A stretch of DNA of 64,000 nt from assembly GCA_964504535.1 (NCBI GenBank), contig CAZDED010000003.1, positions 6,850-70,849 of the forward strand. The letters are read 5' to 3'. Each line of letters opens with the position of its first letter. The first letter of the stretch is position 1. This document shows positions 1 through 15,000 of this stretch, piece by piece. The translations under genes and the position numbers were made by a program. Source of the stretch: an uncultured Gammaproteobacteria bacterium (lineage in GTDB: Bacteria > Patescibacteriota > Microgenomatia > Levybacterales > GWA1-39-11). The notes beneath the pieces are model-generated. The model was not told the origin of the DNA. It saw only the letters and a program-made list of their open reading frames with translations, and searched no databases.

Positions 1-3000
1 GCTGGGTTTGTATCAGAAAGAATGATTGGGCTTGCATTTGAGAATGTATTTGTGTTGCTGAACACATTTGCTTGATTAAGGTATGCAACATTTGTAAGTG
101 TTCCTGCTGTGTTAATGTTCAACCCATTGAGTTGGATAGCAGTAATGGCGTTGAGAACGTCTGTCTGGACTGTGCCTGAAGCTGTGATGTTTGTTGCTCC
201 GGTTATTGCACCAGTATTTGTGATACCTCCTGTGTTGTTGTTTATACCTCCTGTAATGTTTGCTCCACCTGCAGTAGCTACAAAACCATTGGCAGCAGTT
301 ATTGTTCCGGTTCCGGTTGTTGTAAGATTGCCACTTGTTGTAAGATTCCCATTTTCGTTTATGGCAAGAGTAGCCGAACCACTTGATTGGATTTGCAAAG
401 CATTCTGAAGTGAGGCATTGGTGTCATTGATGACCAAAGCTGCACTTCCTGTTCCAGCGTTAGTTAAAGTGAACTGACGAGAGTTAAGGTTAGCAAGAGT
501 AAAGTCTATGTTGCCTTCATTGTCTGTTGCAGAAATTGTATTTCCTGACTCATAAGCATCTTGAAGGGTTACTGCATTTACATTTGTATTACAGGTAGAG
601 ATCTGGTCACTTCCATTTCTACAAAGAGCAGTTGTGCCATTAGTTCCAAGTGATGAAAGTTGGGTTAGATTGCTTAATATTATCTGTCCGGATCCATTTG
701 GAGTAAGGGTGAGATTTTCGTTTGTCCCTGTTGTGATATCTGTTGACACTCCATTGAATGTGAGAGTACCGGTTGTAGTAATCGCTCCTGATGCAACTGT
801 TCCAATATTTGTAAGGTTGCCTGATGAGTCGATTCTTGTTGTACCATTTGTTTGTACATTTGTTAATGCATTAACCGTTGCAACGCTCAAAGTTCCAACA
901 GTCCCATTATCAACTACTGTGAGAAGAGTATTTGGTGAACCATTTGAATCTGCAACAGTAAGGGTTCCCGCAGCATTTCCAGCACCTAGTGTAAGAATTG
1001 GATTTGTATTTGATAGAACAAGTGGAGAGGCAGATGAAAATGTATTGGTTGCAGTAAAGGTATTTGCCTGATTTTGGTACGCAACGTTTGAGAGAGTTCC
1101 TGCAGTATTAATGCTTGTTCCATTGAGTTGGATTGCTGTTATTGCATTTAGTATGTCTGTTTGGGTGGTTCCACTTGCAGTGATATTGGTGGCTCCGGTA
1201 ATAGCACCAGTATTTGTAACACCACCGTTATTATTGTTGATCCCTCCTGTTATGGACGCGCCACCGCTCGTAACAGTGAGCGCGCCCGCAACAGTTTGAC
1301 CCGTCGTGAAATTATTATCTTGACCTTTATATGCAACGTTAGAAAGAGTTCCTGTTGTATTTATGTTGGTGCCATTAAATAAGAAGCCGGCAGTCGCATT
1401 AACCGTTCCGGAAAGTGAAAGATTTCCGACGGTGCCTGCATCCGTTAATGTGAAGAGGGTATTTGCGTCACCATCATTAATTGTCAAAGTACTATCGACT
1501 CCGGCAGTACCAAGAATTGCCGTAGGTGCTGCATTAGTGAACGACAATGGCGATGCGCCAGAAAGAGTAACTGTTCCTGAAGCTGTAATATTGGTTGCGC
1601 CGGAAATTGCACCTGCGTTGGTGATGCCTCCTGTATTGTTGTTAATACCACCTGTTATTGATGCGCCACCGCTAGACACTGTCAAAAGACCGCCGATTGT
1701 TTGACCGACAGTGAAGTTATTGTTTTGTCCTTTGTAGGCTACATTTGAAAGAGTTCCTGTCGTGTTAATATTTGTTCCATTGAGTAAGAAACCTGAAACT
1801 GCATCAACTGTTCCTGAGATTGAAAGATTCCCAACCGTACCTGCATCTGTAAGGGTTAGAAGAGTATTTGGTGAACCTTCAGCGTCTTTAATGGTCAAAA
1901 CCCCATTATTTCCAACGGTAGCAAGAGTTATGATTGGTGAATTATCAGCAAATGTAACTGGGCTTGCATTGGAGAAGATATTATTTTGTGAGAATGTATT
2001 TTGTTGGTTTTGATATGCAACATTTGAAAGGGTGCCTGCAGTATTGATGTCTACTCCGTTGAGTTGGATCACTGAGGTTCCGTTAAGAGTTGCTCCTTGG
2101 ATAGTACCACTCGCAGTAATATTTGTGGCACCGGAGATGGCACCTGCATTGGTAATGCCCCCTGTATTATTGTTGATTCCTCCATTGATTGAAGCGCCAC
2201 CTGAACTTACCGTCAAAAGACCATTGATGGTTTGACCAACCGTGAAGTTATTATTTTGATTCTTATATGCAACATTTGAAAGAGTTCCTGCAGTATTTAC
2301 ATCAACACCATTTAATTGAAGAGAAGTGGTTGCGCTTATTGTCGAAACGGAAAGAGATCCACCATTGCCATAATCAGTCAAAGTTAAGAGAGTATTTGGA
2401 GATCCTTCAGCATCTCTAATCGACAAAACTCCATTTGTTCCAGCTGTAGCCAAGGTTATGATTGGCGAAGCATTCGATAGTGTAAGCGGAGAGGCAGAGG
2501 AGAGCGTAACTGTACTTGAAGCAGCAATCGTCGTAGCACCAGAGATAGCGCCAGTATTAGTAATGCCGCCAGTATTGTTGTTTATTCCTCCGGTAATTGA
2601 AGCACCACCGGTACTGACGGTCAAAAGTCCTCCGATTGTTTGACCAACGGTGAAGTTGTTGTTCTGATTCTTGTATGCAACATTTGAAAGAGTGCCTGCT
2701 GTGTTGATGTCTACTCCGTTGAGTTGGAAGGCAGAAACTGCGTTGATGATATCACCCTCTATTGTGCCTGTTGCTGTGATGTTTGTAGCGCCTGAAATTG
2801 CCCCTGCGTTGGTGATACCTCCCAAATTATTGTCAAGTCCTGCTGAAATACTTGCACCATTTACAGCTGTCAAAAGACCTGCAGATGTTATGGTTCCTGT
2901 CCCTGTAGTTGCGATATTTCCACTTGTAGTTATGTCGCCTAACTCATCAACGGTCAAAGTTGATGTGCCGTTTGATTTTACATTGATAGCAATTCCTCCT

Positions 3001-6000
3001 GTTCCGGCAGCAGTGTCGTTGAGGATCAGCGCGTTTGCTGTACCAGCATTGGTTAAGGTAAATGATGTTGGCGAACCAAGTCCACCCGCTAATGTAAATG
3101 CTATATTTCTTCCCGTCGTTGTAGTGATTGTGTTGCCATTGTCATATGCTGTCTGCAATGTTGCGGTTGCGGCATTACAAGAAGCGATTTGATTTGAAGC
3201 ATTCCGGCAGAGAGCTGTTGTTCCATTTGTTCCAAGGGTCGTAACTTGAGTAAGATTGCTAAGAATAATTTGCCCTGTTCCGTTTGGTGTAAGAGTGAGA
3301 TCTTCATTAGTTCCGGTTGTTATGTCGGTTGTAACCCCGTCAAATGTAAGAGTCCCGGTGGTAGTTATTGCTCCTGATGAGATTGTGCCAATATTTACTA
3401 GGTTGCCGGATGCATCGATCCTGTCAGTTCCTGATGTTTGGACTGATGTTGTTGCGTCTAACGTCCCACCCTGAATTGTTCCTGATGCAGTGATGTTAGT
3501 CGCTCCGGAAATTGCACCTGCGCTGGTGATACCTCCAGCGTTGTTATTGATTCCGCCGGTGATACTTGCACCACCTGATGAGACAGTAAGCAATCCTCCA
3601 ATTGTTTGAGCAGTTGAGAAGTTATTGTTTTGTCCTTTATAAGCAACATTTGAAAGAGTTCCTGTTGTATTGATGTTGGTGCCATTGAATTGGAGAGCTG
3701 TCGTTGCATTGATATTAGCAACAGTCAATGTGCCATTTGTTCCATTGTCAGTAAGTGTCAAAAGAGTGTTTGGAGATCCTTCAGCATCTTTTATAGTAAA
3801 TACACCGTTGTTCCCAGCGGTAGCAAGTGTAAGTGTGGGCGTATTGTTAGATAATGTCAGGGGGTTTGCGCTTGATAATGTGACAGTACCTGAAGCATCA
3901 ATAGTAGTTGCACCTGAGATTGCGCCTGCACTTGTTATCCCACCTGTATTATTGTTAATTCCCCCGGTTATTGAAGCGCCACCGGTGGTTACCGTCAACG
4001 CTCCTCCGATTGTTTGACCGACAGTAAAGTTATTATCTTGACCTTTGTAGGCTAGGTTTGAAAGTGTACCGGTTGTATTGATGCTTGTACCATTCAATAA
4101 AAATGCAGTTGTTGCATTGATATTAGCAACAGCAAGAGTTGCTGTTGTGCCATTGTCTGTAAGCGTTAGTAAGGTATTTGGAGAACCATTTGAATCCTTT
4201 ATCGTCAATGTCCCCGCAGCATTACCGGCTCCAAGAGTCACGATAGGATTAGTGTTTGAGAATGTAAGAGGACTTGCGCCTGACAAAGTAACTGTTCCTG
4301 ATGCGTCAATGGTGGTAGCGCCCGCAATTGCACCAGCAGCTGTAATTCCTCCAGTGTTATTAGCAATCCCTCCGGTTATGTTTGCTCCCCCGGCGCTAAT
4401 AGTAAGACCACCGGTTGAGATAGTTTGACCAACGGTAAAGGTGTTTGATTGATTTTGGTAAGCAACGTTTGTGAGAGTTCCTGCTGTATTGATATCGGTA
4501 CCAGCAAGTTGGATGACGCTTGTTGCATTGATTGTTGCACCTTGAATTGTGCCTGAAGCTGTGATGTTAGTAGCACCGGTAATAGCCCCGGTATTTGTTA
4601 TACCTCCCGTGTGATTATTTATTCCGCCCGTTATACTTGCGCCTCCGGCACTAATAGTAAGACCACCGGTTGAGATAGTTTGACCAACGGTAAAGGTGTT
4701 TGATTGATTTTGGTAAGCAACGTTTGTAAGCGTTCCTGCTGTATTGATGTTTGCACCATTTAATTGAAGGGCAGAGAGAGCATTTACAGTTCCGACACTA
4801 AGAGTTGCATCGGTTCCATTGTCGACCAAGGTAAGTAATGTGTTTGGTGAGCCAGCTGAATCTTTCACCGACAGAGTACCGTTGGCATCCCCAGCTCCTA
4901 AAGTTATATCCGGTGCTGAATTTGTAAGTGTTACAGGGGCAGCAGATGAGAGAGTTACTGTCCCTGAAGCACCGATAGTTGTAGCACCAGAGATAGCACC
5001 GGCGTTTGTTATACCACCTGAGTTGTTATTAATACCTCCAGAAATGTTTGCACCACCAGCTGTAACCGTTACACCACCAGTTGTTACGGTCAATAACCCT
5101 CCGATTGTTTGTCCAACTGTAAAGTTGTTGTTTTGTCCTTTGTAAGCAACGTTTGTGAGAGTTCCTGTGGTGTTAATGTCTGTTCCACCCAATGTAAATC
5201 CGGTGCTAGCATTAACCGTTCCAACAGATAAGGTACCGACTGTCCCATTATCGGTAAGTGTCAAAAGTGTATTTGGTGACCCTTCAGCATCAGAAATAGT
5301 CAAAGTCCCATCAGTTCCTGCAGTTGCCAATCGGATGTTAGGGTTTGCATTTGAGAGGGTAAGAGGAGAGACCCCAGTCAATGTCGCAGTACCACTTGCA
5401 GTTAAATTGGTAATACCTGTGATAGATCCAGTATTTATGATTCCTCCGGAATTATTGTTGATTCCACCTTTAAGGTATGCACCACCCGAATTGACAGTAA
5501 GAGCTCCGGCTGATGTGATTGTTCCGGTGCCGGTTGTCGTTATGTTTCCACTTGTTGATACATTTCCGAGCTCAGAAATGGTCAGCTTCGAAACACCTGC
5601 AGACTGAACATCAAGAGCTATTCCACCCGTTCCTGCATTTGTATCATTGATGACAAATGCATTTGCACTTCCTGCATTTGTAAGTGTGAATTGGGTCGTA
5701 AGACCGGTATCTAGCGTGAAGTCGATGTTGCGACCAGTAGTTGTAACAATCGTATTTCCAGCGTCATACGCCTGTTGCAAAGTTACAGCTGTTGCATTGG
5801 CTGCACAAGAGGCAAGCTGATTGCTCGCATTGCGACAAACTGCAGTGTATCCGGTCATTGCAGAAAGGGTGGCGACTTGGACATAGTTGTTGAGAAGTAT
5901 CTCGCCTGTCCCGTTTGGTGCAAGAGTAAGATCCTCGTTTGTTCCTGTGGTAATATCAGTTGCAACTCCATTAAATGTTAGAACTCCGCTTGTTGTGATA

Positions 6001-9000
6001 GCACCGGAGCTGATGGTATTAATATTTGTTAAGTTACCTATAACGTCTAGTCGTGTTACACCGTTTGTTTGGATATCATTTGTTGCATTAAGCGTTGCTC
6101 CTTGGATAGTGCCACTTGCTGTGATGTTGGTAGCACCGGTAATGGCTCCTGTATTTGTTATACCGCCAGCGTTATTGTCTATTCCTCCGGAGATATTTGC
6201 ACCACCGGTTGTTACAGTAAGTAACCCCCCAATGGTCTGACCTACAGTGAAGTTATTATCTTGACCTTTGTAGGCTACATTTGAAAGCGTTCCTGTTGTA
6301 TTGATGTTAGTTCCATTGAGAAGGAAAGCTGTAGTAGCGTTGATGTTAGCAACAGCTAGTGTTGCTATTGTGCCGTTATCTGTAAGCGTTAGTAGGGTAT
6401 TTGGAGCACCATTTGAGTCTTTGATAGTAAGAACTCCAGCTGAGTTTCCAGCACCGATCGTTATTATTGGTGTAGTGTTTGAAAGAGTCAAGGGCGATCC
6501 GCTTGAGAGTGTAACTGTTCCTGATGCAGCAATTGTTGTAGCACCGGCAATTGCTCCTGTATTTGTAATGCCCCCAGCATTGTTTACGATGCCCCCAGTG
6601 ATATCTGCTCCACCGGTTGTGACAGTCAAAAGACCACCAATCGTCTGACCGACAGTGAAATTATTGTTTTGTCCTTTGTAGGCTACATTTGAAAGTGTTC
6701 CTGTTGTATTGATATCGGTTCCATTCAGTTGGAAAACAGACGTTGCATTTATTGTTGCTCCTTGGATAGTACCTGAAGCTGTGATGTTTGTAGCACCGGC
6801 TATAGCACCCGTATTTGTTATACCTCCCGTATTGTTATTGATGCCACCCGTGATATCAGCACCACCTGCCTGGATAGTAAGTCCACCGGTTGTGATGGTC
6901 TGAAGCGCTGTAAAGGTATTTGATTGATTTTGATAAGCAACGTTCGTAAGGGTTCCGGCTGTATTGATATCAACTCCCCCAATCTGCAATGTTGTACCGG
7001 CATTAACCGAACCGGTGACTGATAGATTTCCGGTCGATCCAGTATCGGTAAGTGTCAGAAGAGTATTTGGAGAACCATTAGAATCTTTGATAGTTAGCGT
7101 TCCATTTGCATTTGCAGCACCCAATGTCACAATCGGATTGGTGTTACTAAATGTTAATGGAGATGCAGCTGATAATGTTACTAGACCTGATGCTCCAATT
7201 GTTGTTGCTCCAGAAATAGCACCTGCGTTTGTGATTCCACCCGTGTTGTTGTTGATGCCCCCGGTAATTGAAGCGCCACCGGTTGTCACAGTAAGTAACC
7301 CCCCAATGGTCTGACCAACGGTAAAGTTGTTGTCCTGTCCTTTGTAAGCAACATTGGTAAGGGTACCAGTAGTGTTAATATTTGTCCCTCCAAGTAAGAA
7401 TCCACCTGCTGCATTTATCGTTCCTGTAACAGAAAGATTCCCGACAGTACCGTTGTCTGTGAGCGTTAGTAGAGTATTGGGCGAGCCTTCCGCATCTTTT
7501 ATGGTAAGAACTCCATCAACACCTGCTGTAGCAAGCGAAATATTTGGAGTCCCATTAGTGAGCGCGAGTGGATTTGCTCCGGACAATGTAACAACTCCTG
7601 ATGCATCAATTGTTGTAGCGCCTGAAATTGAAGCCGTATTTATGATGCCACCATTATTATTGTTGATACCACCAACTACGGACAAACCACCTGCAGAAAT
7701 TATCTGTGCAGCCGTAAATGTGTTTGATTGATTTTTGTATGCAACATTAGATAAAGTGCCAGCTGTATTAATGTTTGTTCCATTGAGTTGGATAGCTGTA
7801 ATGGCATTTAAGATATCAGTTTGGGTTGTTCCCGAAGCGGTGATATTCGTTGCTCCCGATATAGCACCAGTGTTTGTGATGCCTCCTGTATTGTTGTTTA
7901 TTCCCCCAGTGATATCAGCCCCACCTGCTTGAATAGCAAGCCCACCGGTTGTAATAGTCTGACCGGCAGTAAAGATGTTTGCTTGGTTGAGGTAAGCAAC
8001 ATTTGAGAGTGTACCGGCTGTATTGATATTGGTTCCGTTTAGCAGATACCCTGTTCCTGCGTTTATGGTTCCTGTCACTGAAAGATTACCGACAGTACCT
8101 GCATCAGTTAGGGTTAGAAGAGTGTTTGGAGAACCTGCAGAATCTTTTATTGTCAAAACACCATTCGCATTCCCAGCTCCTAATGTCACTATAGGATTAG
8201 TATTACTAAATGTTAATGGAGAGGCAGCAGATAAAGTAACAAGTCCTGATGCTCCAATTGTTGTTGCTCCAGAAATAGCACCTGCGTTTGTGATTCCACC
8301 CGTGTTGTTGTTGATGCCACCCGTTATTGAAGCTCCACCGGCACTAACAGTTAGCGCTCCTGCTGAAGTTATAGTTCCGGTACCCGTTGTTGCAATGTTT
8401 CCTGAGGTCGTGATTGTTCCTAGCTCAGAAATCGTAAGAGCAGAGGAGCTTGCCGATTGAATCTCAAATGCGACTCCGGATGAGCCGGTTCGAACATCAT
8501 TGATAACAAATGCGGGTGCGCTTCCTGCATTCATTACGGTAAATGAGGTAGCAGTTCCCGTATCAGTATCCTCATCATACAGAGTGAAATCAATATTTCT
8601 TCCTGATGATGTGAGGATTGTGTTTCCTGCATCGTATGCAAGCTGGAGAGTAACACCATTTGAATTAGGCGCACAAGCAGCTAGGTAATTTCCTGCATTT
8701 CGGCACAAAGCGGTAGATCCGTCCGGCGAAGCAAGAGTTGGGATCTGGACTGTATCGTTGAGATTGATAACTCCGGTTCCATTTGCGACAAGCGTTAGAT
8801 CTTCATTGCTTCCTGTTGTGATGTCGGTTGCGGCTCCGGTAATTGTGACTGTACCTGCGATATTTTGTGCTGCTGTGAAGTTATTGTTTTGCCCTTTATA
8901 AGCAACGTTTGTTAAGGTTCCAGTTGTATTGATACTGGTACCATTTAGCTGGAAGACGGATGTCGCATTGATGGTAGCCCCTTGTATTGTGCCACTTGCC

Positions 9001-12000
9001 GTGATGTTTGTAGCACCAGTTATTGCACCAGTATTTGTGATACCACCATTCTGATTGTTAATACCGCCGGTGATATTTGCACCTCCGGCATTAATCGTAA
9101 GTCCTCCCGTATTTATTGTTTGTCCAATTGCAAATATATTTGCCTGATCAAGGTAGGCGACATTTGAAAGTGTAGTACCAACGTTAATATTTGTTCCATT
9201 CAGTAAAAATCCTGTTGTTGCATTAATATTTGCAACAGCAAGTGTGGCATTCGTACCGTTATCGGTAAGAGTTAGCAGTGTGTTTGGAGAACCTTGAGCA
9301 TCTGTTATTGTCAAAACACCATCAACCCCAATCGTTGCAAGGGTTACAACTGGTGCTGCGTTTGAGAGGGTCAATGGGGATGCACCGGACAATGTGACGA
9401 CTCCTGAAGCATCAATCGTAGTAGCGCCTGAGATAGCGCCGGTGCTTGTAATACCACCAGAATTGTTATTGATGCCACCTGTTATTGAAGCCCCCCCAAT
9501 TGTTACTGTCAAAGCACCACCGATTGTCTGACCAACAGTGAAGTTATTATTCTGACCTTTGTATGCAACATTTGAAAGAGTCCCTGTTGTATTGATATTA
9601 GTTCCATTGAGTAAATAACCACCGACTGCATTTATTGTTCCCGATACTGATAGATTTCCAACAGTTCCTGTATCTGTCAGCGTGAGAAGAGTATTTGGTG
9701 AACCTTCAGCATCTCTAATGGTTAACGTACCGTTGGTGCCCGCGGCCGCAAGAGTGATAGCCGAAGTTGTTGCAGTAAGCGCAAGCGGCGTACTATTTGA
9801 GAGAGTAACAAGTCCAGATGCATCAATTGTAGTAGCGCTACCAACTGAACCGGTATTTGTTATTCCTCCATTATTATTGTTAATTCCACCGGTGACTGAC
9901 AATCCACCCGAGGATATAATTTGCCCTGCAGTAAAGGTGTTTGATTGGTTCTTGTATGCAACATTTGTCAGTATTCCAGCCGTATTAATATCTGTTCCAT
10001 TTAACTGAAGCGCAGTGACAGCATTAATAATATCCCCCTGAACAGTTCCTGATGCTGTGATATTTGTAGCACCGGTTATAGCACCGGTGTTTGTGATGCC
10101 ACCATTATTATTGTTGATGCCACCGGTAATTGAAGCGCCACCTGTTGTTACTGTCAAAGCACCCCCGATTGTTTGGCCAACAGTGAAGTTATTATTTTGT
10201 CCTTTGTATGCAACGTTTGTGAGAGTTCCGGTTGTATTGATATTGGTTCCATTCAGAAGAATTCCTGTTCCGGCATTTATGGAACCTGTCACTGCAAGAT
10301 TTCCTACAGTTCCTGTATCTGTCAATGTCAAAAGAGTATTTGGTGAACCTTCAGCATCATTTATAGTTAAAACTGCATTGGTACCGGCTGTTGCAAGTGT
10401 TATGACCGGCGCACTATCTGAAAGCGTAAGTGGAGAAGCATTTGACAACGTAACAACGCCTGAGGCGTCAATTGTTGTTGCTCCGGCAATTGCCCCCGTG
10501 CTTGTGATGCCACCCGTGTTGTTGTTGATGCCACCGGTTACATCAAGACCTCCTGCGCTGATAGCAAGACCACCGGTTGTAATCGTTTGTCCTGCAGTAA
10601 AGGTATTTGATTGGTTCTTGTATGCAACGTTTGTGAGGGTATTTGCTGTATTTATATTTGCCCCGTTCAGTTGAAGAGCGCTGGTAGCGTTGATCGTTCC
10701 GACCGTAAGAGTTGCAACAGTTCCATTATCAACCAATGTCAGCAATGTGTTTGGTGTTCCATTTGAGTCTTTGATAGTAAGTGTTCCGGCTGCATTACCT
10801 GCCCCCAATGTAATAATTGGTGTTGTATTTGACAACGTCAGAGGTGAAGCACCGGAGAGAGTCACAACTCCTGAAGCTGCTATGGTTGTTGCCCCGGCAA
10901 TTGCCCCCGTGTTTGTGATGCCTCCTGTGTTGTTGTTGATGCCACCCGTTATTGAAGCACCACCCGCAACGACTGTTATACCTCCGGAGTTGATTGTCTG
11001 ACCCAACGTAAACGTGTTAGCTGTATCAAGATATGCAACATTTGTTAACGTGCCACCGGTATTAATGTTAACTCCGTTAAGTTGAATTGCAGTTATTGCA
11101 TTGAGGATATCTGTCTGCGTTGTCCCACTTGCGGTGATATTTGTAGCTCCGGTTATAGCACCGGTGTTTGTGATGCCACCATTATTATTGTTGATGCCAC
11201 CGGTAATTGAAGCGCCACCTGTTGTTACTGTCAAAGCACCCCCGATTGTTTGGCCAACAGTGAAGTTATTATTTTGTCCTTTGTATGCAACGTTTGTGAG
11301 AGTTCCGGTTGTATTGATATTGGTTCCGTTAAGTTGGAGCCCTAAAACAGCATTGATAGTGCCTGTAATCGCAAGGTTTCCAACAGTGCCATTATCGGTG
11401 AGCGTAAGAAGTGTATTTGGTGAACCTTCCGCATCCCTGATCCTCAACACTCCATTATTTCCTGCGGTTGCAAGCGTAATATCTGGAGCGCTGTTAGATA
11501 GAGTGAGTGGGGCAGCCGAGGAGAAGGTATTTGTATTGCTAAATACATTCGCCCGGTCAAGGTAGGCGACATTTGATAAGGTACCTCCCACATTGATACT
11601 GGTACCATTCAGCTGAAATTCAGTTATGGCATTTATCGTATCACTAGTAGTAGTTCCAGAAGCAGTTATGTTAGTAGCACCAGTTATTGCACCAGTATTT
11701 GTGATGCCGCCATTATTATTGTTGATGCCGCCGGTAATTGAAGCACCGCCGGCACTGACAGTAAGGGCTCCGGCAGAGGTTATAGTGCCGGTTCCGGTGG
11801 TTGCGATATTGCCAGAAGTCGAGATGGTCCCAAGCTCAGTGATGGTCAAAGCAGAGGAACTAGCAGACTGGATTTCAAATGCAATTCCGCCTGAACCGAC
11901 ATTCGTATCATTGATGACAAAAGCATTTGCACTTCCTGCATTTGAAAGTCTAAATTGAGTCGTAAGACCACTATCAAGTGTAAAGTCGATATTCTTACCG

Positions 12001-15000
12001 GCAGTGGTAAGGATTGTGTTTCCGCCGTTATATGCTGACTGTAAAGTAACCCCAAATGCTGTAGGGTCACATTGGGAAAGCTCATTTGTCACATTTTGAC
12101 AAAGGACTGTAAATCCTTGGACACCTGCAAGAACGGGAATTCTCACGGTATCATTTAGGACAATTTGTCCACTTCCATTTGCAAGAAGGGTGAGGTCCTG
12201 GTTTGATACTGTTGTAATATCTGTTGATACACCGCTAAACGTTAACGTTCCTGTTGTTGTGATAGCGCCTGATGCTACCGTTCCGATGTTAACAAGATTC
12301 CCTGATGAATCAACTCTTTGGGTGCCGTTGGTTTGGATTGATGATACTGCATTGAGAATATCTCCTTGAATTGTTCCTGAAGCCGTAATACTTGTTGCAC
12401 CAGTTATCGCACCAGTGTTTGTAATGCCTCCCGTATTATTGTTTATTCCTCCATTTATTGAAGCTCCACCGGCGGTCACAAATAGTCCGTTTGCAGATGT
12501 TATGGTTCCTGATCCTATTGTTTGGATGCTATTTGATGAAGAGATATATCCACTGGTAGAAGCGTTACCACTTTCATCAATGGTGAGTCTTCTGTTTCCT
12601 CCAGACTGAATTTCTAATGCAACCTGATTTGGAGCAGCATTATTGTCATTTATAATAAATGCACTCGCAGTCCCCTCATTTGTTAACGTCAATGAAGTTG
12701 CTGCATTTAGACCCGACGCAAGAGTAAAGTCAATATTTCTACCTGATGTCGTAAGAATTGTATTCCCATTGTCATAAGATGATTGCAATGTTCCGGCAGA
12801 TGATCCGACATCGCAGAGTACAACCTCATCATCACCATTTGTACAAAGAGGGCTTCCAACTACAGTAACTAAGTTTTCTATCGTTACTGTGCTATTGGCT
12901 GCAAGTGTTGTGAATTTCCCTGAAGAACGAGTTGTATTTCCGATTGGAGTATTGTCTATTGATCCACCGGTTATTACAGCGTTACTTGATGAGAAGTTAT
13001 TAGCAGTAACTGCTCCGGCAATACTTACCGTGTCTGTTGATGACCCAATATTTATCACATCAGGACTCGTGTTATCCGTACCAATATTTACAGTATTTCC
13101 GGTAGTTAAAGTACCAAGATTTATCACCCCGTTTGCACTTGCTCCAGCACCTGCATTAATTGTTACCGATCCACCCGTTGAACCACCAGCAGTAGTTGTT
13201 CCTGCAATTAGTCTTAGATTGCCACCGGTTGCCGCAACGGTTGAACTTGCTGGATTGACTGTAATATCCGTTCCACCAACAAGTGTTGAAATGTCTGAAG
13301 TATTATTTCCAGCAAGATAAATGACTCCGGCTTCTGAAATCTTTAGAGTTGATGCTCCATTGGACTGAAGATCAATAAATGTTCCCGATCCGCCAGCTGA
13401 CGTGTCATTTACGATAAATGCACTTGCCGTGCTTTGATTTTCAATGGTAAATGACGTTGGAAGGTTAAGACCAGGAGCAAGCGTGATAGCTACATTTCGT
13501 CCGTCGTTTGTGAGAATCGTATTTCCATTGTTATACGAAGATTGAAGAGTTCCAGTACCTGATCCGATAGAACATTTAATGATGTTATCAAATGAATCAA
13601 TACAAAGTGCGGTTCCTGAGCTTGTCGTCAAATTCTCTATAAGAACGGTACTGTTGGCAGCAAGCGTTGTGAATGCACCGGTTGATCTGACAGTTGCACC
13701 AACGCTTGTGCCATTTATAGTTCCTCCAGTTATCGTAACACCACTTGATGTGAAGTCATTAGCGGTAACTTCACCCAATAGATTTATAGTGTCCAATGCT
13801 GATCCAATATTGACAATGTCGGCCAGAGTGTCATTTGTTGCGATATTTATGACATTTCCACCAGCTCCTGTTCCGATATAAATAGTCTTTGCACTATTGC
13901 CGATACCAATATTTATGTCACCAGTTGTTCCTGTATCAAGAGTGAGTGAATTTGCACCGGTCGCAGATATTGTTCCGACTCCGGCAAATGTAAGATCTGT
14001 TGCTGTCACTCCAATTGTGTCAAGAGAGATAACACCGGTTAGCGCTCCAAGTGTCGAAACATTTAATCCCCCGTTTGAAGTGACGGCAAAAGTACCTGTA
14101 GCGTTGCCTATCGCTACATTTCCTGTCCCGGTTGTTGCAATATTTACATCGGATGCACCTGAGGTTCCAAGATTTGTTGTTCCGGTTGATGAAAGAGTTG
14201 TAAAGGCACCTGTCGATGGTGTGGTTGCTCCAATTGCGGTGCTATTGATTCCCGTTGCAGTTGCTGTGAAATTGCCGGAGGTTATCAGTAAATTATTTAC
14301 CCCGGCATTGATAGATGATGCAGACAATCCTGAAAGACTTAATACGCCAGAGGTAGCGGTAAGGTTGATAGCACCGGTTGTTAGAGTCAGTCCATTTGAT
14401 GCTGTCAAAAGACCTGCTGATGTTATTGCTCCAGTACCTGTCGTTGCAATATTTCCACTGGTCGTAAGATTTCCGAGTTCATTGATGGTGAGAGTTGCAG
14501 AACCAGAGGACTGGATCTCAAGCGCAGTGTTGACTGAACCGCTTGTATCATTTATCAAAAATGCACTTGCTGTACCTTGATTTTCAAGAGTTAGAGATGT
14601 TCCCAAATCAAGCCCCAAAGTAAAGGCGATATTTCTGTCCTCAGTTGTTGTTATTGTGTTTCCTGTGTTGTAAGCTGCCTGCAATCCAAATGGTGCACCG
14701 TTACAATAAACAAGATTAAAACTTGTATCAAGACACAGAGTATTTCCATTTTGGGTCTGGAGACCATTGATCTGGATCCTTTCGGTTGCAGAAGTATTAA
14801 ATACTATATTGTTTCCATTTGAAGGAGTGAATACTGCACTCCCTGACGCATCAAACGAGTTACCGTTGGTAACCGTTACATTTCCATTGAAGGTCGAAAT
14901 TCCTGCAACATCAAGGGTGCTACCCAATGTTGTGGCTCCGGTTCCGACAGAGAAGGTGTTAGAACCAGTCACGGACGTATTACCGTTCAAAGAAACATTA